Positions 40,725 to 52,290 of a stretch of DNA of 64,000 nt are shown here, in pieces. The stretch spans positions 1-64,000 of the forward strand of contig CAVSBT010000025.1 in the NCBI GenBank assembly GCA_963726245.1, in the 5' to 3' direction. The stretch's first letter is position 1, and every line of letters starts with the position of its first letter. The notes beneath the pieces are model-generated. The model made no database searches and had not been told where the DNA came from. It was given only the letters and a program-made list of their open reading frames with translations. The position numbers were made by a program, and so were the translations under genes. The stretch is from an uncultured Chloroflexia bacterium (GTDB lineage Bacteria; Chloroflexota; Dehalococcoidia; DSTF01; JALHUB01).

Positions 40725-43139
40725 TTACCCCCGCAGCGTGGCGCCCAACTGGCGCTTGAGGCGCTCGACGATGCCGCGGTGGGCGCGGGCCACCTCCTCG
40801 TCGGTCAGGGTGTGCTCCGGCGACTGGTAGGTGACGGAGAAGGCGAGCGACTTCTTGCCCGGCCGGCACGGGCTCCCCGGTGTACACGTCGAAGAGCTGC
40901 GCCCGCCGCACCAGCGCCGCCGCCTCGATGATGGCCTGCACCTGGGCCGCCGTCACCGCCTCGTCGACGACGACAGCCATGTCCTGGACCACGGGCGGGA
41001 AGCGCGGGACCGGCTCGTAGCGATGCGCCTCCCTGCCTGAGAGGGCTGCCAGCACCTCGTCCAGCACCAGCTCGAACAGGAAGACGTCCCCATCGATGTC
41101 GAAGCCGGCCGCCACGCGCGGGTCGACCTGGCCCAGCACGCCCACGGCCCGCTCGCCGAGCATGATGCGGGCCGTGCGGCCGGGCATGAGTGCGTACTCC
41201 TCCCCCTCGTCGAAGGCCGGCTTCACGCCGAGGCGCCCGAAGAGGTGCTCCAGGTACCCCTTGGCGTCGAAGAAGTCCAGGTCCTCCTCCATGACGTGGC
41301 CCCCGCGGTCCAGCCGCCTGCCGCTGACGACGCCGGCGGCGTGCTCCGGCTCGCGCGGCAGCTCCCGGCCCTGACTCAGGTAGACTCTTGCCACCTCGTA
41401 GAGGGCCAGGGGCCCCTCGCGCTGACGCTGGTTAGCGGCCAGAGTGCGCAGCAGGCTGGCCCGCAGGGTGGGCCGCAGGCACTCGTGCTCGGAGCTCATG
41501 GGGTTGGCGACGCGCAGGGGCGGGCCGGCGACCAGCGCCTCGGGGGAGACGACCCGCTGGATGGCCTCCAGCGTGGTGAGAGAGTACGTGATCACCTCCT
41601 GCATGCCGGCGGCAGCCAGGCCGTCGCTGACCTGCTCCCGAAGCTCCCGCAGCGCCCGAGGCGGCGCCGGTGGGATGGCGCCTCGCACCAGGCCCACCGG
41701 GATCTCGTCATAGCCGATGATGCGGCCCACCTCTTCCACCACGTCGATGGGGATGCGGACATCGGTACGCCAGTACGGCACGCGTACCTGGTAGGTATCC
41801 GGGGGCTGCCAGTGGCAGGCGAATCCCAGGGAGGTGAGGACGCGGCGCACCCGGGAGGTGGGCGGGTCGATGCCCAGCACCTGCTGGATGCGCTCGCGGC
41901 GCACTTCGATCTTGGTCTCGCGGCGCCTTGCCGGGATACACGTCGACGATGCCGAGCGCGGCGCGGCCGCCGGCCAGCTCGACGATGAGCTTCGTGGCGC
42001 GACGGGCCGCGATAGCTGAGAGCTCGGGGCTGAGGCCCTTGTCGAAGCGGGAGGAGGCCTCGCTCTTCAGCTTGAGGGCATTGCTCGTGCGGCGGATGCT
42101 TATGTTGTTAAAGTTAGCCGATTCGAGCAGGATGCTGGTCGTGGCGTCCGACACCTCACTGTCGGCGCCGCCCATGACGCCCGCCAGGGCCACGGCCCCG
42201 CCGGGGTCGGCGATGACCAGCATGTCCGGCTCCAGCCGTCGCTGCACGCCGTCCAGCGTGGCGAGCGGCTCGCCCCGTCGGGCGCGCCGGACGATGATCT
42301 TCCCGCCGCGGATGGCGTCGAAGTCGAAGGCGTGCAGGGGCTGCCCCAGCTCCATCATCACGTAGTTGGTGATGTCGACGATGTTGTTGATGGGGCGCAT
42401 GCCGGCGGCAAGGAGGCGCTCCTGCATCCAGGCCGGCGATGGCCCCACCTTCACGCCATCGATCAGCGTCGCCACGTAGCGATAGCAGAGGTCGGGGTCG
42501 GCGATCTCCACCGAAGCCCGCTCCGCTATCGGCGGCCCCTCCTCGGGGTAGGTGTGCGGCGGCTCTCGCACCGAGCCGCCTGTCAGGGCGGCCACCTCCC
42601 GGGCAACGCCGAGCACCGACAGGCAATCGGGCCGGTTGGGGGTGACGTCCAGGTCGAGGATGGTGTCGCCCAGGTAGCCGGCCAGGGGAGTGCCCAGGGG
42701 CGCGTCCTCCGGCAGCACCAGGATGCCCTCGTGGTAGTCGGAGAGGCCCAGCTCCTTCTCCGAGCAGACCATGCCCGCCGACTCTACCCCCCGGATGCGG
42801 GCGGCGCGGAGCACCGAGGGCTCTCCCGTGTGCCCGTCGATGAGCCGGGCGCCGGTGCGGGCGAAGGCTATCTTCTGGCCGGCGGCCACGTTGGGCGCCC
42901 CGCAGACCACCGTGATGCTCTCGCCGCCGCCCAGGTTGACCGTGGCCAGCGTGAGGCGGTCGGCGTTGGGGTGAGGCTCCACGGCCACGACCTCTCCGAC
43001 GCGAGATGAGGTCCCAGTCGCCGCCCGTGGAGAGGATGGCGTCGACCTCGGTGCCGGACATGGTGAGGCGATGCGCCAGCTCCTTCGCCGGCAGGGGCAA
43101 GTCGACATAATCAGCCAGCCACTTAAGGGAGACTCTCAT
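40725..43139 (-). CDS. pheT: phenylalanyl-tRNA synthetase beta subunit (frameshifted)
   Basis: [48 protein letters not shown]. Confidence 0.96.
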
Positions 43140-43148
43140 AGTACGCGG

Positions 43149-44196
43149 TCAGAACTGCTCCAGGAAACGCAGGTCATTGCTGTAGAAGAGCCGGATATCC
43201 TCGATGCCGTGGAGGAGCATGCAGATGCGCTCGATGCCCATGCCGGAGGCGAAGCCCGTGTAGCGTTCGCTGTCGTAGCCCATGTTGGTCAGGATCTCGG
43301 GGTGCACCATGCCGGCGCCCATGATCTCGATCCATCCCGTTCCGCTGCAGGTGCGGCAGCCCTCGCCGCGGCAGAGGAAGCAGTCGATGGCCATGTCCAC
43401 GCCCGGCTCGACGAAGGGGAAGTAGTCGCAGCGAAAGCGCACCTGGCGCTCGCGGCCGAAGATGCGGCGGGCGAACTCGAAGAGCGTGCCCTTGAGCTCC
43501 GCCATGCTGATGCCCTCATCGACGGCCAGCACCTCCACCTGGTGCATCATCCACTCGTGCGTGGGGTCGGTGGCCTCGTAGCGGTAGCAGCGGCCGGGCA
43601 CGACGACGCGCATGGGCGGCTGGCTCTGCTCCATGACCCGCACCTGGTTGGGCGAGGTGTGGGTGCGCAGGAGCATCTCGTACTCGCCGTTGCGGCGGAC
43701 GTCCACCCAGAGGGTGGCGAACATGTCGCGGGCCGGGTGGTCCTTGGGGATGCGCAGGGCTTCGAAGTTGTAGTGGTCCCACTCCACCTCCGGCCCCTCG
43801 GCGACCTGGAAGCCCATGGCGACGAAGGCGTCCAGCGCCTGCCGCAGCGTCTGCGTCACCGGGTGGAGGCGACCCATCGGTGATGGGGCGTCCGGGGAGG
43901 GTAACGTCCAGCCGGCCCCGCTCGATGGTGGCGGCGACCCGCTGGTGCAGGACCTCTTCCTGCCTGGCCTTGAACGCCTCTTCCAGGCTGTCCCGCAGGC
44001 GGTTGGCGGCCGCCCCTGCCTGCCGGCGCTCCTCGATCGGCAGCGAGGCCAGCCCGCGCAGGACCAGAGTCAGGCGGCCCTTGCGGCCCAGGTAGGCTAT
44101 GCGCCAAGCCTCGAGGGCCGCGTCGTCGACGGCGGCCGCCAGCGCGGCGGCCGCTTCCTGTCCTAGCTGCTCTACGTCTTGCTGCGTATCTGGCAT
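43149..44196 (-). CDS. pheS: phenylalanyl-tRNA synthetase alpha subunit (frameshifted)
   Basis: [37 protein letters not shown]. Confidence 0.96.
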
Positions 44197-44217
44197 ATCG
44201 CTTTCTGCTTCGGACGC

Positions 44218-44289
44218 ATTATGGGCGACGGGGGTAGGAGGGTCAACGGGCGCGCGGAGGGGCTTGACAGCGGGCGGGCCTGTCGTATC
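44218..44289. promoter_or_regulatory. divergent sigma70 promoters for pheS (-) and the Lrp-domain gene (+)
   Basis: Minus strand TTGACC-N17-CATAAT; plus strand TTGACA-N16-TATCAT. Confidence 0.7.
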
Positions 44290-44333
44290 ATCGCCCTGAT
44301 CAGACGAAGGCAGCAGCGGGAGGTATCGAGAAC

Positions 44334-44585
44334 ATGTCGGTCCGGGGCTACGTCCTCATCGAAGCAGAGGTAGGAAAGGCGAAGGCCGTCGGGCAGGCGA
44401 TCAGCGCCCTCGAGCACATGGACGCCAAGGTTGTACTGTCGGACACTGTCACCGGCCCCTTCGACGTCATCGTCCAGCTAGAGGCCGACGACCTGGACAA
44501 GCTGGGCACCTGCATCACTGACTGCATCCAGCAGGTGGACGGCGTCCAGCGCACCACCACCTGCCTCTCCGTGAGGCTCGGGTAG
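44334..44585 (+). CDS. stand-alone Lrp/AsnC ligand-binding domain protein
   Basis: [26 protein letters not shown]. Confidence 0.9.
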   Translation: MSVRGYVLIEAEVGKAKAVGQAISALEHMDAKVVLSDTVTGPFDVIVQLEADDLDKLGTCITDCIQQVDGVQRTTTCLSVRLG

Positions 44586-44710
44586 GGCAAAAAGGCCAGA
44601 CGCGGTAGCTGGGCGGCTCTGGGTGACGCTGTGGCCAGGAACGCCGTCCACCATCCCGCCGTTCGTTGTATCATGGGAGCGGCAACCAGCCTGGAGTCGA
44701 GGCCGCCACC

Positions 44711-45977
44711 GTGATCAGCGTCGAAGAAGCGCTGGAGCGCATCCTCAGCTACGTCAGCGTCCTGGAGCCCGAGGAGAAGCCCATCCTCGACGCCCTGGGC
44801 CAGGTGCTGGCCGAGGACGTCACCTCAGACATCGACATCCCACCCCTGGACAACACCGCCATGGACGGCTACGCCGTCCGCGCCGCCGACACCGCCGGCG
44901 CTACGCCGAGAGCCCCGTCAGCCTGCGGGTGGTCGGCGAGCTGGCGGCCGGCTACGTCTACGAGGGCGAGGTGGCGCCCGGCGCCGCCGTCCGCATCATG
45001 ACCGGCGCGCCGCTGCCGCCCGGCGCCGACGCCGTCGTGCCCTTCGAGGAGACCGAGGAGCGCGGCGCCCACGACTTCGGGCGCTTCAGCAAGGCCGTGG
45101 ACTCGGTGCTCAGTCTGCAAGGCCGCCCAGCCGGGGGCCAACGTGCGCCGGGCCGGCGAGGACGTGCGCCGCGAGGCGCTGGTCATGCGGCGGGGCGCCA
45201 TCCTGCGGCCCGCCCAGATTGGCGTCCTGGCCTCGCTGGGCCGGGCGACGGTGCGCGTCATCCGGCGGCCGGTGGTGGCCGTGCTCTCCACCGGCGACGA
45301 GCTGGTGGAGGTGGGCCGGCCCCTGCGGCCGGGCGCCATCTACGACAGCAACACCTACAGCGTCGCCGCCATGGTCATCCAGAACGGCGGCATACCCGCG
45401 CTCCTGGGCATCGCCCGCGACACGGTGGAGGACCTGACGGCCAAGATCCGCCAGGGGCTGGACGCCGACATGCTCCTCACCTCCGCCGGCGTCTCGCGCG
45501 GCGACTACGACGTGGTGAAGGACGTGCTGGCCCGCGAAGGGGAGGTCGACTTCTGGACGGTGCGCATGAAGCCGGGCAAGCCCCTCGCCTTCGGCACCTT
45601 CGACAGCGGCGGCCGTCGCGTGCCTCACATCGGCCTGCCGGGGAACCCCGTGAGCTCGATGGTCACCTTCGAGCTCTTCGGGCGGCCGGCCATCCTCAAG
45701 ATGATGGGCAAGAGCCGCTGGCAGCGGCCGACCGTCCGCGCCATCGCCGAGGACCGCATCGCCAATACGGACGGACGGCGGGTCTTCGCCCGCTCCGTCG
45801 TCAGCCGAGCGCGACGGCCGCTACTACGCCTCGCTGACCGGCCCGCAGGGCTCTGGCGTCCTCACCTCCATGTCGGCGGCCAACGCCCTGGCGGTGGTCC
45901 CCGAGGACGTGCCCGCCGTGGAGCCCGGCGAGGAGATCTCCGTGATGATGCTGGACTGGACCCAGGGCGAGGCCTGA
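44711..45977 (+). CDS. moeA: molybdopterin molybdotransferase (frameshifted)
   Basis: ISVEEAL, AMDGYAV, IMTGAP.P.GADAV, STGDEL, KPGKP, LPGNP. Confidence 0.95.
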
Positions 45978-45990
45978 CGAGGAGGGAGCG

Positions 45991-46653
45991 ATGCCTCCTG
46001 TTGTCTGCGTGGTAGGACGGGACGGGTCCGGCAAGACCCGCGTCATAGAGGGCATAGTCCGCGAGATGAAGGCCCGCGGCCATCGGGTGGCAACTGTGGC
46101 CCGCAGCGACGAGGGGCCGGCTCTCGAGGCCGTCACCAAGGACACCGCACGCTACGCCTCCGCAGGCAGCGAGATGATTGTGGTGAGCTCGCCGGACGCC
46201 GTCACCGCCGTGCGCCGGGTGGACGAAGAGGCCTCGCTGGACGAGCTCCTCTGGACGGTGGGTGAGGAGTACGACCTGATCCTCGCCGAGGGCTTCCCGG
46301 AGTGCGGATTCCCCAAGATTGAAGTTCACCGAGCGGCGGTAGGCGGCGGCCTCATCTGCCGCAAGGACGAGCTCCTCGCCCTGGCGAGTGATACGCCCCT
46401 CGACATCGACGTGCCCCGGTTCGGGCTGGAGGACGCCGCCCGCCTGGCCGACCTCATCGAGGCGAAGGTCCTGCCCACCGTCCTGGCGGAGGACGCCTCG
46501 GTCTACGTGGACGGGGTCCATCTGCCCACGGCCCTCTTCGTGCGCAAGATGGTGGCCGGCACCGTGATCGGCATGCTCTGCAACCTGAAAGGCTTCGGCC
46601 GGCCGCGCAGCCTGCGAGTGGACGTGCGGATGCGTCGCGAGGGGAAGGGCTGA
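45991..46653 (+). CDS. mobB: molybdopterin-guanine dinucleotide biosynthesis protein B
   Basis: GRDGSGKT P-loop, DLILAEGF, PKIEVHR. Confidence 0.88.
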   Translation: MPPVVCVVGRDGSGKTRVIEGIVREMKARGHRVATVARSDEGPALEAVTKDTARYASAGSEMIVVSSPDAVTAVRRVDEEASLDELLWTVGEEYDLILAEGFPECGFPKIEVHRAAVGGGLICRKDELLALASDTPLDIDVPRFGLEDAARLADLIEAKVLPTVLAEDASVYVDGVHLPTALFVRKMVAGTVIGMLCNLKGFGRPRSLRVDVRMRREGKG

Positions 46654-46659
46654 GGATCG

Positions 46660-47295
46660 ATGAAAGGCGCTTCGGTTCTCAAGGTCACCGCCGCGTTGAG
46701 CGCGACCACGATCGCCTACTTCAAGCTCGGCCGCCCCTGGGTGCTCAACTGGGGCGCCACGAAGGAGGAGGCCGAACGGCCGATGCCGGGCGATGAGATC
46801 CTGCCTGATGCCGCTCTGCAAACGACGCGCATCGTCACTATCGACGCGCCCCCGGACCACGTCTGGCCGTGGTTGGTCCAGATGGGGCCACGACCACGCG
46901 CTGGCGCCTATACCTACGACTGGATCGAAAGACTGGTGGGGATCGACATCCAGAACACGGACCGCCTCCTGCCCGAGTACCAGCACCTGGAAGCCGGGGA
47001 ATTCCTCGCCCTCAACAAGAAGGGCAACGGGATCATGGTGAGGGACGTGCAACCGCGACGCTTCCTCGTCTTGCAGTGGATGCCCGCAAAGTCCACGTGG
47101 GCGTTCGGCCTCTATCCGGAGGACGGTGTAAGGACGAGGCTCGTCTCGCGGAACCGTTTGCCCGGCTCGGGCCCGCTATTCTGGCTGGCAATGGTCGCCT
47201 TCATGGAGCCGGGCTCCCTGGTTATGGAGCGGAAGATGCTCCTGGGCATCAAGCAACGAGCGGAAGCGCTGGGGGTGAAAAGAGCAGAGCGTTAG
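46660..47295 (+). CDS. SRPBCC-like hypothetical protein
   Basis: WGAT.EE....PGD, IDAPP..VWPWLVQMG..RAG.Y.YDW.E, MERKML.GIK.RAE. Confidence 0.8.
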   Translation: MKGASVLKVTAALSATTIAYFKLGRPWVLNWGATKEEAERPMPGDEILPDAALQTTRIVTIDAPPDHVWPWLVQMGPRPRAGAYTYDWIERLVGIDIQNTDRLLPEYQHLEAGEFLALNKKGNGIMVRDVQPRRFLVLQWMPAKSTWAFGLYPEDGVRTRLVSRNRLPGSGPLFWLAMVAFMEPGSLVMERKMLLGIKQRAEALGVKRAER

Positions 47296-47346
47296 ACCCT
47301 AGACGTCTGGTCTGGCGGGAGTTCCTTACGTCGGGCCGGGGGGCAT

Positions 47347-48127
47347 TCACGTCACCGGGGGTTGCGTCAGAAGATCGACCGCGCGACCGGGGTCCCTGCC
47401 GAGGTCGCGCTTCCCCTGACAGCCAGGCGCGACACACCGAAACCACCATCCGCGCGACGAGCGCGCGAGAATCATTGGCTTCTTACAGCTCTCACACGGC
47501 TCCGCGCGACGCACCTTCTCAATGCGGGAGTAGAGGTCACGGTTATCGACGAGGGTTATGCCGATCGTCTGTGCCTCCTTGCTCGCCGGCTCAGTGAAGT
47601 CCGAGAGGGTGACAAAGATGCCGGCGCTTGGCGGTAGGGCCTCGCGCATCAGTGTGCCCGCGAACTCGCGCACCTCTTTGACGCCCACAGGGGTAGACCA
47701 CCATCGCTTGCACTGGACGATCACCCGCTGCCCACCGCGGACCAGCTCAAGGTCGATGTTGCCGTCTGGGGCATCCTGGCGGCCGGTCTCTTGGACCGCC
47801 CACCCCTCACGCCGGAAGACCTCCCCTACCAGCCATTCGAACTCCTCCGCGGTGAGGAGACGGAGGTTGGTGGTCCATTCGACGAGATGACGGCGTCGGG
47901 CGGTCTGCGACTTGCACCGCGAGCCAGTCGAGGATCACAAGCCCCGCGGCCGTGGTTCCTATGATGTTCGCCGTGACAAGGCCCAGCACCGACCAATGGA
48001 GTGCCAGGGGTAGCGTCAGTCCGCCGCCCGCGTAGAGGAGGAACGCAAGCGCCGCTGCGGTGCGCCCGGAGATCCGGGTCACCACAGCCCAGAGGATTCG
48101 TTCGAAGAAGTCGTCGGACTTCGACAT
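47347..48127 (-). CDS. membrane-anchored Mrr-like restriction endonuclease with C-terminal zinc ribbon (frameshifted)
   Basis: N-terminal hydrophobic helices; EFEWLV, DGNID, VQCKRW, FVTLSDFT, CESC..C...C. Confidence 0.85.
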
Positions 48128-48212
48128 GGTCGTATCATACTAGACAGTTGAGGTCGCTGGAGCGGCTCGCGCACCACCTCTGGTGTCGGCCGCTGGCCCT
48201 TGGGGGCGACTG

Positions 48213-48527
48213 CTAGAACCTGACCTCGAAGGTGGTGTGGCCACGGGGCTCGTCGGACCACGAGGCCTGCACGTCATCGACGCGGGCCCCGTAGGGGCCC
48301 TGGCGTAGGAGCTCCAGCAGCTGGTCGAGCGCTTCGGTTGGCCCCTCGGCCTCCACTTCGACGCTGCGGCCGTCGTCACCGTTGCGCACCCAGCCCGTCA
48401 GGCCCAGGGAGGCCGCCCGCGACCAGACGAACTGGCGGAAGCCGACGGCCTGCACGCGACCCCGCACCAGGGCGTGGAGGCGGCGAGCCGCCTCGCGGCC
48501 AGTGTCGGCGGGCTGAGCCTCACCCAC
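48213..48527 (-). CDS. acyP: acylphosphatase
   Basis: GRVQAVGFR, GWVRN..DG.SVEVEAEG, GP.GARV. Confidence 0.93.
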   Translation of the reverse strand: MGEAQPADTGREAARRLHALVRGRVQAVGFRQFVWSRAASLGLTGWVRNGDDGRSVEVEAEGPTEALDQLLELLRQGPYGARVDDVQASWSDEPRGHTTFEVRF

Positions 48528-48537
48528 GGTGGCCCCC

Positions 48538-49623
48538 TCACTTGTCCGGCGCGCCGCAGGCCCGGCGCACCGCCTGTCGGACCAGGGCAGCGGGCACGTC
48601 GTCCCGGAGCACGGGGCGTCCCACGTCCTCGAGCAGCACCCAGCGCACGGACCGGCCGCTCACCTTCTTGTCCAGGGCCATAGCTGCCAGGACGCGCTCC
48701 GGGTCGATGCCCGGCGTCTGCCGCGGCAGACCGAAGGAGGCCAGCACGGCGGCCTGGCGCTCAGCCACGGCCGGCGGCGTCACGCCCAGCCGCTTCCCGA
48801 TCTCGGCGGCCGCCGCCATGCCCACAGCGACGGCTTCGCCGTGGAGGAGGGCTTCGTAGTCGCCGGCCGCCTCCAGGCCGTGAGCCACAGTGTGGCCGTA
48901 GTTGAGGATGGTGCGCCGTCCCGTCGTCTCCCGCTCGTCCTCGCTCACCACCTGTGCCTTGAGCTCGACGTTGCGACGAACGACGGCCGTCGTCACCTCC
49001 GGCTCCAGGCGGCGCAGGTCGGCGGCGCGGGCCTCCAAGGTGGAGAGAAGGTCGGGGTCGATGATAAAGGCGTGCTTCACCACCTCCGCCCAGCCGGAGG
49101 TCAGCTCGCGGGCCGGCAGCGTAGTGAGGGCCGAGACGTCGGTCACCACCAGGCGCGGCTGGTAGAAGGCGCCAACCAGGTTCTTCGCCTCGCTCAGGTC
49201 CACCGCCACCTTGCCGCCGATGGAGGCGTCGACCATGGCCAGCAGGCTGGTCGGAACGTGCACCAGGGGCAGGCCCCGCAGGTAGGTGGCGGCGACGAAG
49301 CCGGCCAGGTCGCCTACCATGCCGCCGCCCAGGGCGACGACGGCGTGGCCGCGCTCGACGCGACGAAAGGCCAGCCACTTGTAGAGGCGAGAAGCGGTGG
49401 ACATGTTCTTGCTGGCCTCGCCGGCAGGCACGACGCAACTGTGGGCCTCGAAGCCGGCCTGTCGCAGTGAGGCCAGGGCGGCCTCTCCATAGTGGTGCCA
49501 GACGTTGTCGTCGCTGATGACGTGGGCCGCGCCCGAGAGGCCCGCCTCGCGCAGGCGCTCGCCCAGGCGAGCCAGGGCGCCCCACTCGACGTATACGGGA
49601 TAGCGGGCGGACTCGGCGTTCAC
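48538..49623 (-). CDS. aroB: 3-dehydroquinate synthase
   Basis: GE.SK, GGGMVGDLAGF, DASIGGK, KN.VG.FYQP, LNYGHT, HGEAV. Confidence 0.96.
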   Translation of the reverse strand: MNAESARYPVYVEWGALARLGERLREAGLSGAAHVISDDNVWHHYGEAALASLRQAGFEAHSCVVPAGEASKNMSTASRLYKWLAFRRVERGHAVVALGGGMVGDLAGFVAATYLRGLPLVHVPTSLLAMVDASIGGKVAVDLSEAKNLVGAFYQPRLVVTDVSALTTLPARELTSGWAEVVKHAFIIDPDLLSTLEARAADLRRLEPEVTTAVVRRNVELKAQVVSEDERETTGRRTILNYGHTVAHGLEAAGDYEALLHGEAVAVGMAAAAEIGKRLGVTPPAVAERQAAVLASFGLPRQTPGIDPERVLAAMALDKKVSGRSVRWVLLEDVGRPVLRDDVPAALVRQAVRRACGAPDK

Positions 49624-50235
49624 CCAGCAGGCGCCCTCACCGGCTTCGTGGCGCTGGTTGGCTCGCCCGACAGCCGGTCCGGGTCACGCGCCGCCCGCGC
49701 CGAGAGGCGGTGCCAGGCGCCGACCACCTCCTCGGCTACCTGGGGCAGATCGAGGCTGTCGGTGTGGACGGTGTAGTCGGCCAGGGCGTAGAAGGGCTGG
49801 CGCCGCGCCTTGAGAGCCCGGATGCGGCCCAGGGGATCGGGGCCCGTCAGCAGAGGCCGCTCGGTCGCCGAGCCGCCAGCGTCGCGCAGGCGCCGCCACA
49901 GCACCTCCGGCTGGCCCTCCAGGCAGACGACGAAGACCGCCATCCGCCATGAGGCGCCGGTTGGCGGCCGACTGCACGATGCCGCCGCCGGTGGCGACCA
50001 CCACGTCGACCTGGCGGGCGGCCTCTCGCAGGGCGTCGGCCTCCAGCTCGCGGAAGCGCGCCTCGCCGTCGCGGGCGAAGATGTCGGGGATGGAGCGACC
50101 GCTGCGCTCCTCGATGATGTCGTCCGTGTCCAGGGCGCGCCAGCCGAGGGCAGCGGCCACCAGCCCTGCCACGGCGGACTTGCCGGAGCCCGAGAAGCCG
50201 GTGAGGAAGATGCGACGGGGACGCTGCGCACTCAT
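49620..50235 (-). CDS. aroK: shikimate kinase (frameshifted)
   Basis: LTGFSGSGKS, GEARFRELE, ATGGG, RPLL. Confidence 0.93.
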
Positions 50236-51411
50236 GCGGTCGAGGGGCCGCCGCCCCTGGGCCCGATCGTCTTCAGGTAAGCATCGTAGTTGCGCCGGGT
50301 CTCCTCGACGTGGTCGCCGCCGAACTTCTCCAGCAGCGCCTGGGCCAGGACGATGCAGACCATCGCCTCGGCGATGACGCCCGCCGCGGGCACGACGCAG
50401 ACATCGGCGCGCTCGTAGTGGGCCGGCACCTGCTCGCCGGTGGCGAGGTCGGCCGAGGGCAGGGCCCTGGGAATCGTCGAGATGGGCTTGAGGGCGGCCC
50501 GCGCCACCACCGGCTCGCCGTTGGTCATGCCGCCCTCTGTGCCGCCGGCGCGGTTGCTGGCCCGCCGCCAGGGCCACTCGCCCCAGTCAGCGATGGGCAG
50601 GATGACATCGTGAACCTGAGAGCCGCGCTCGTGAGCCAAACCGAAACCGCCACCGATCTCCACGCCCTTCACCGACTGGATGCTCATCAGCGCCTGCGCC
50701 AGCAGGCCGTCAATCCTGCGGTCCCAGTGGACATGGCTCCCCAGGCCGATCGGCACGCCCGTGGCCCACACCTCGAGCACGCCGCCCAGGCTGTCGCCGT
50801 CTTTGCGGGCGGCGTCGATGGCCGCGACCATCGCCTTCTCCGCCGCCGGCTCGGCGCAGCGCACCGGCGACCGTTCGACCGCCCGCCAGTCCGGCTCGCC
50901 ATCCACATGCGCCTCCGCGCCGCCGATGGCGACGGTGTGGCTGTGCACCCGCACGTCGAACTCATCCAGCAGCCGCCGGCAGACGGCGCCCACGGCGACA
51001 CGAGCCGCCGTCTCGCGCGCGCTGGCCCGCTCGAGGACGGGCCGCACGTCGTCCTGGAGGTACTTGATGACGCCGGGCAGGTCGGCGTGGCCGGGACGGA
51101 GGTGGGTGACCTTCTCGACCGGCCCCGTCGCTGGCTCGACGGCCATGACCTCCTGCCAGTTCGCCCAGTCGCGGTTCTCGATGCTGAGGGCGATGGGGCT
51201 GCCCAGGGTGAGGCCGTGGCGCACGCCGGCGATGATCTGCGCCCGGTCCTGCTCGATCTTCTGTCGCCGGCCGCGGCCGTAGCCACCCTGCCGGCGGCGC
51301 AGGTCGGCGGCGATGTAGTCTTCGGAGAGAGAGCAGCCCCGCCGGCACGCCCTCGACGACGGCCACCAGGGCCTTGCCGTGCGACTCGCCTGCGGTGAGG
51401 AAGCGCAGCAT
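50232..51411 (-). CDS. aroC: chorismate synthase (frameshift near 5' end)
   Basis: LRFLTAGESHG, RRQGGYGRG, RPGHAD, ERASARETA, GGMTNG, KPIST. Confidence 0.96.
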
Positions 51412-51434
51412 CCCCATTCCCCTAGCCTCCCGCT

Positions 51435-52286
51435 CTAGCCTGTCAGCGCCTTCCGAGCGGCCTGGAACATGATCTCCACCGGCGCCTCGCGGCCCGTCCA
51501 GAGGCGAAAGGAGGCCGCCCCCTGGTACACCAGCATGGCCAGGCCGCCTGCCGTGCGCGCGCCCCGCGAGCGGGCCGCCTGCAAGAAGGGCGTCTCCTCC
51601 GGGTTGTAGACCAGGTCGAAGGCCAGGCAACCAGCCGGTATGAGCTCCGCCGCCACCGGCGACTGCCCCTCGGCAGGGCCGAAGCGCATGCCTACGGGGG
51701 TACAGTTTACCAGAAGCCCGCACTCGCGCAGCGAGCGCCGGAAGGCGTCGTCGCCCCAGTGCGTCCAGGTGATGGCGGTATCCGGCGAGGTCAGCCCCTT
51801 CAGGTCGCCCGCCAAGGCCTCGGCCCGCTCCGGAACGGCGTCGGAGAGCGAGATGACGCTGGCCCCGCCTTCGATGAGGGCCAGGGTCACGGCGCGGGCG
51901 GCGCCGCCTGCGCCAAGGACGGCCGCGCGGACGCCCCGAACGTCGAAGCCGGCCTCGCTGAGGGCGCGGGCGAAGCCCGCCACGTCGGTGTTGTGGCCGG
52001 TGAGACGCCCCTCACGCCGGACGATGGTGTTCACGGCCCCCGCGCTGGTGGCCACGGGGTCCAGCTCATCCAGGAAGGGGATGACGGCCTGCTTGTGGGG
52101 GACGGTCACGTTCGCCCCCAGGCAGTCCTCGTCGCGCAGCGAGGCCACCCGCTGCTCGACCTCCTCGGGCCGGGTGTCCCACAGCTCGTAGCGGGCGTCG
52201 AGGCCGAGGTGGTCCAGGGCCGCCTGCTGCATGACCGCCGACAGGGAGTGCTTCAGCCCCTGCCCGATGAGCCCGACGCGTTTCAT
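51435..52286 (-). CDS. aroE: shikimate dehydrogenase
   Basis: HSLS, GANVTVPHK, GAVNT, NTD, GAGGAA, DLVYNP, ML.YQG. Confidence 0.95.
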   Translation of the reverse strand: MKRVGLIGQGLKHSLSAVMQQAALDHLGLDARYELWDTRPEEVEQRVASLRDEDCLGANVTVPHKQAVIPFLDELDPVATSAGAVNTIVRREGRLTGHNTDVAGFARALSEAGFDVRGVRAAVLGAGGAARAVTLALIEGGASVISLSDAVPERAEALAGDLKGLTSPDTAITWTHWGDDAFRRSLRECGLLVNCTPVGMRFGPAEGQSPVAAELIPAGCLAFDLVYNPEETPFLQAARSRGARTAGGLAMLVYQGAASFRLWTGREAPVEIMFQAARKALTG

Positions 52287-52290
52287 CCGC

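Noticed and set aside
44014-44028. CCTGCCTGCCGG match inside pheS
   Set aside because: Only half of the palindrome is present, and it encodes ordinary PheS helix sequence (ERRQAG) with no apparent length increase
47291-48215. Integron cassette around the Mrr-like gene (GTTAGAC; hairpin at 48140-48215)
   Set aside because: No properly paired RYYYAAC/GTTRRRY attC at the gene end and no integrase
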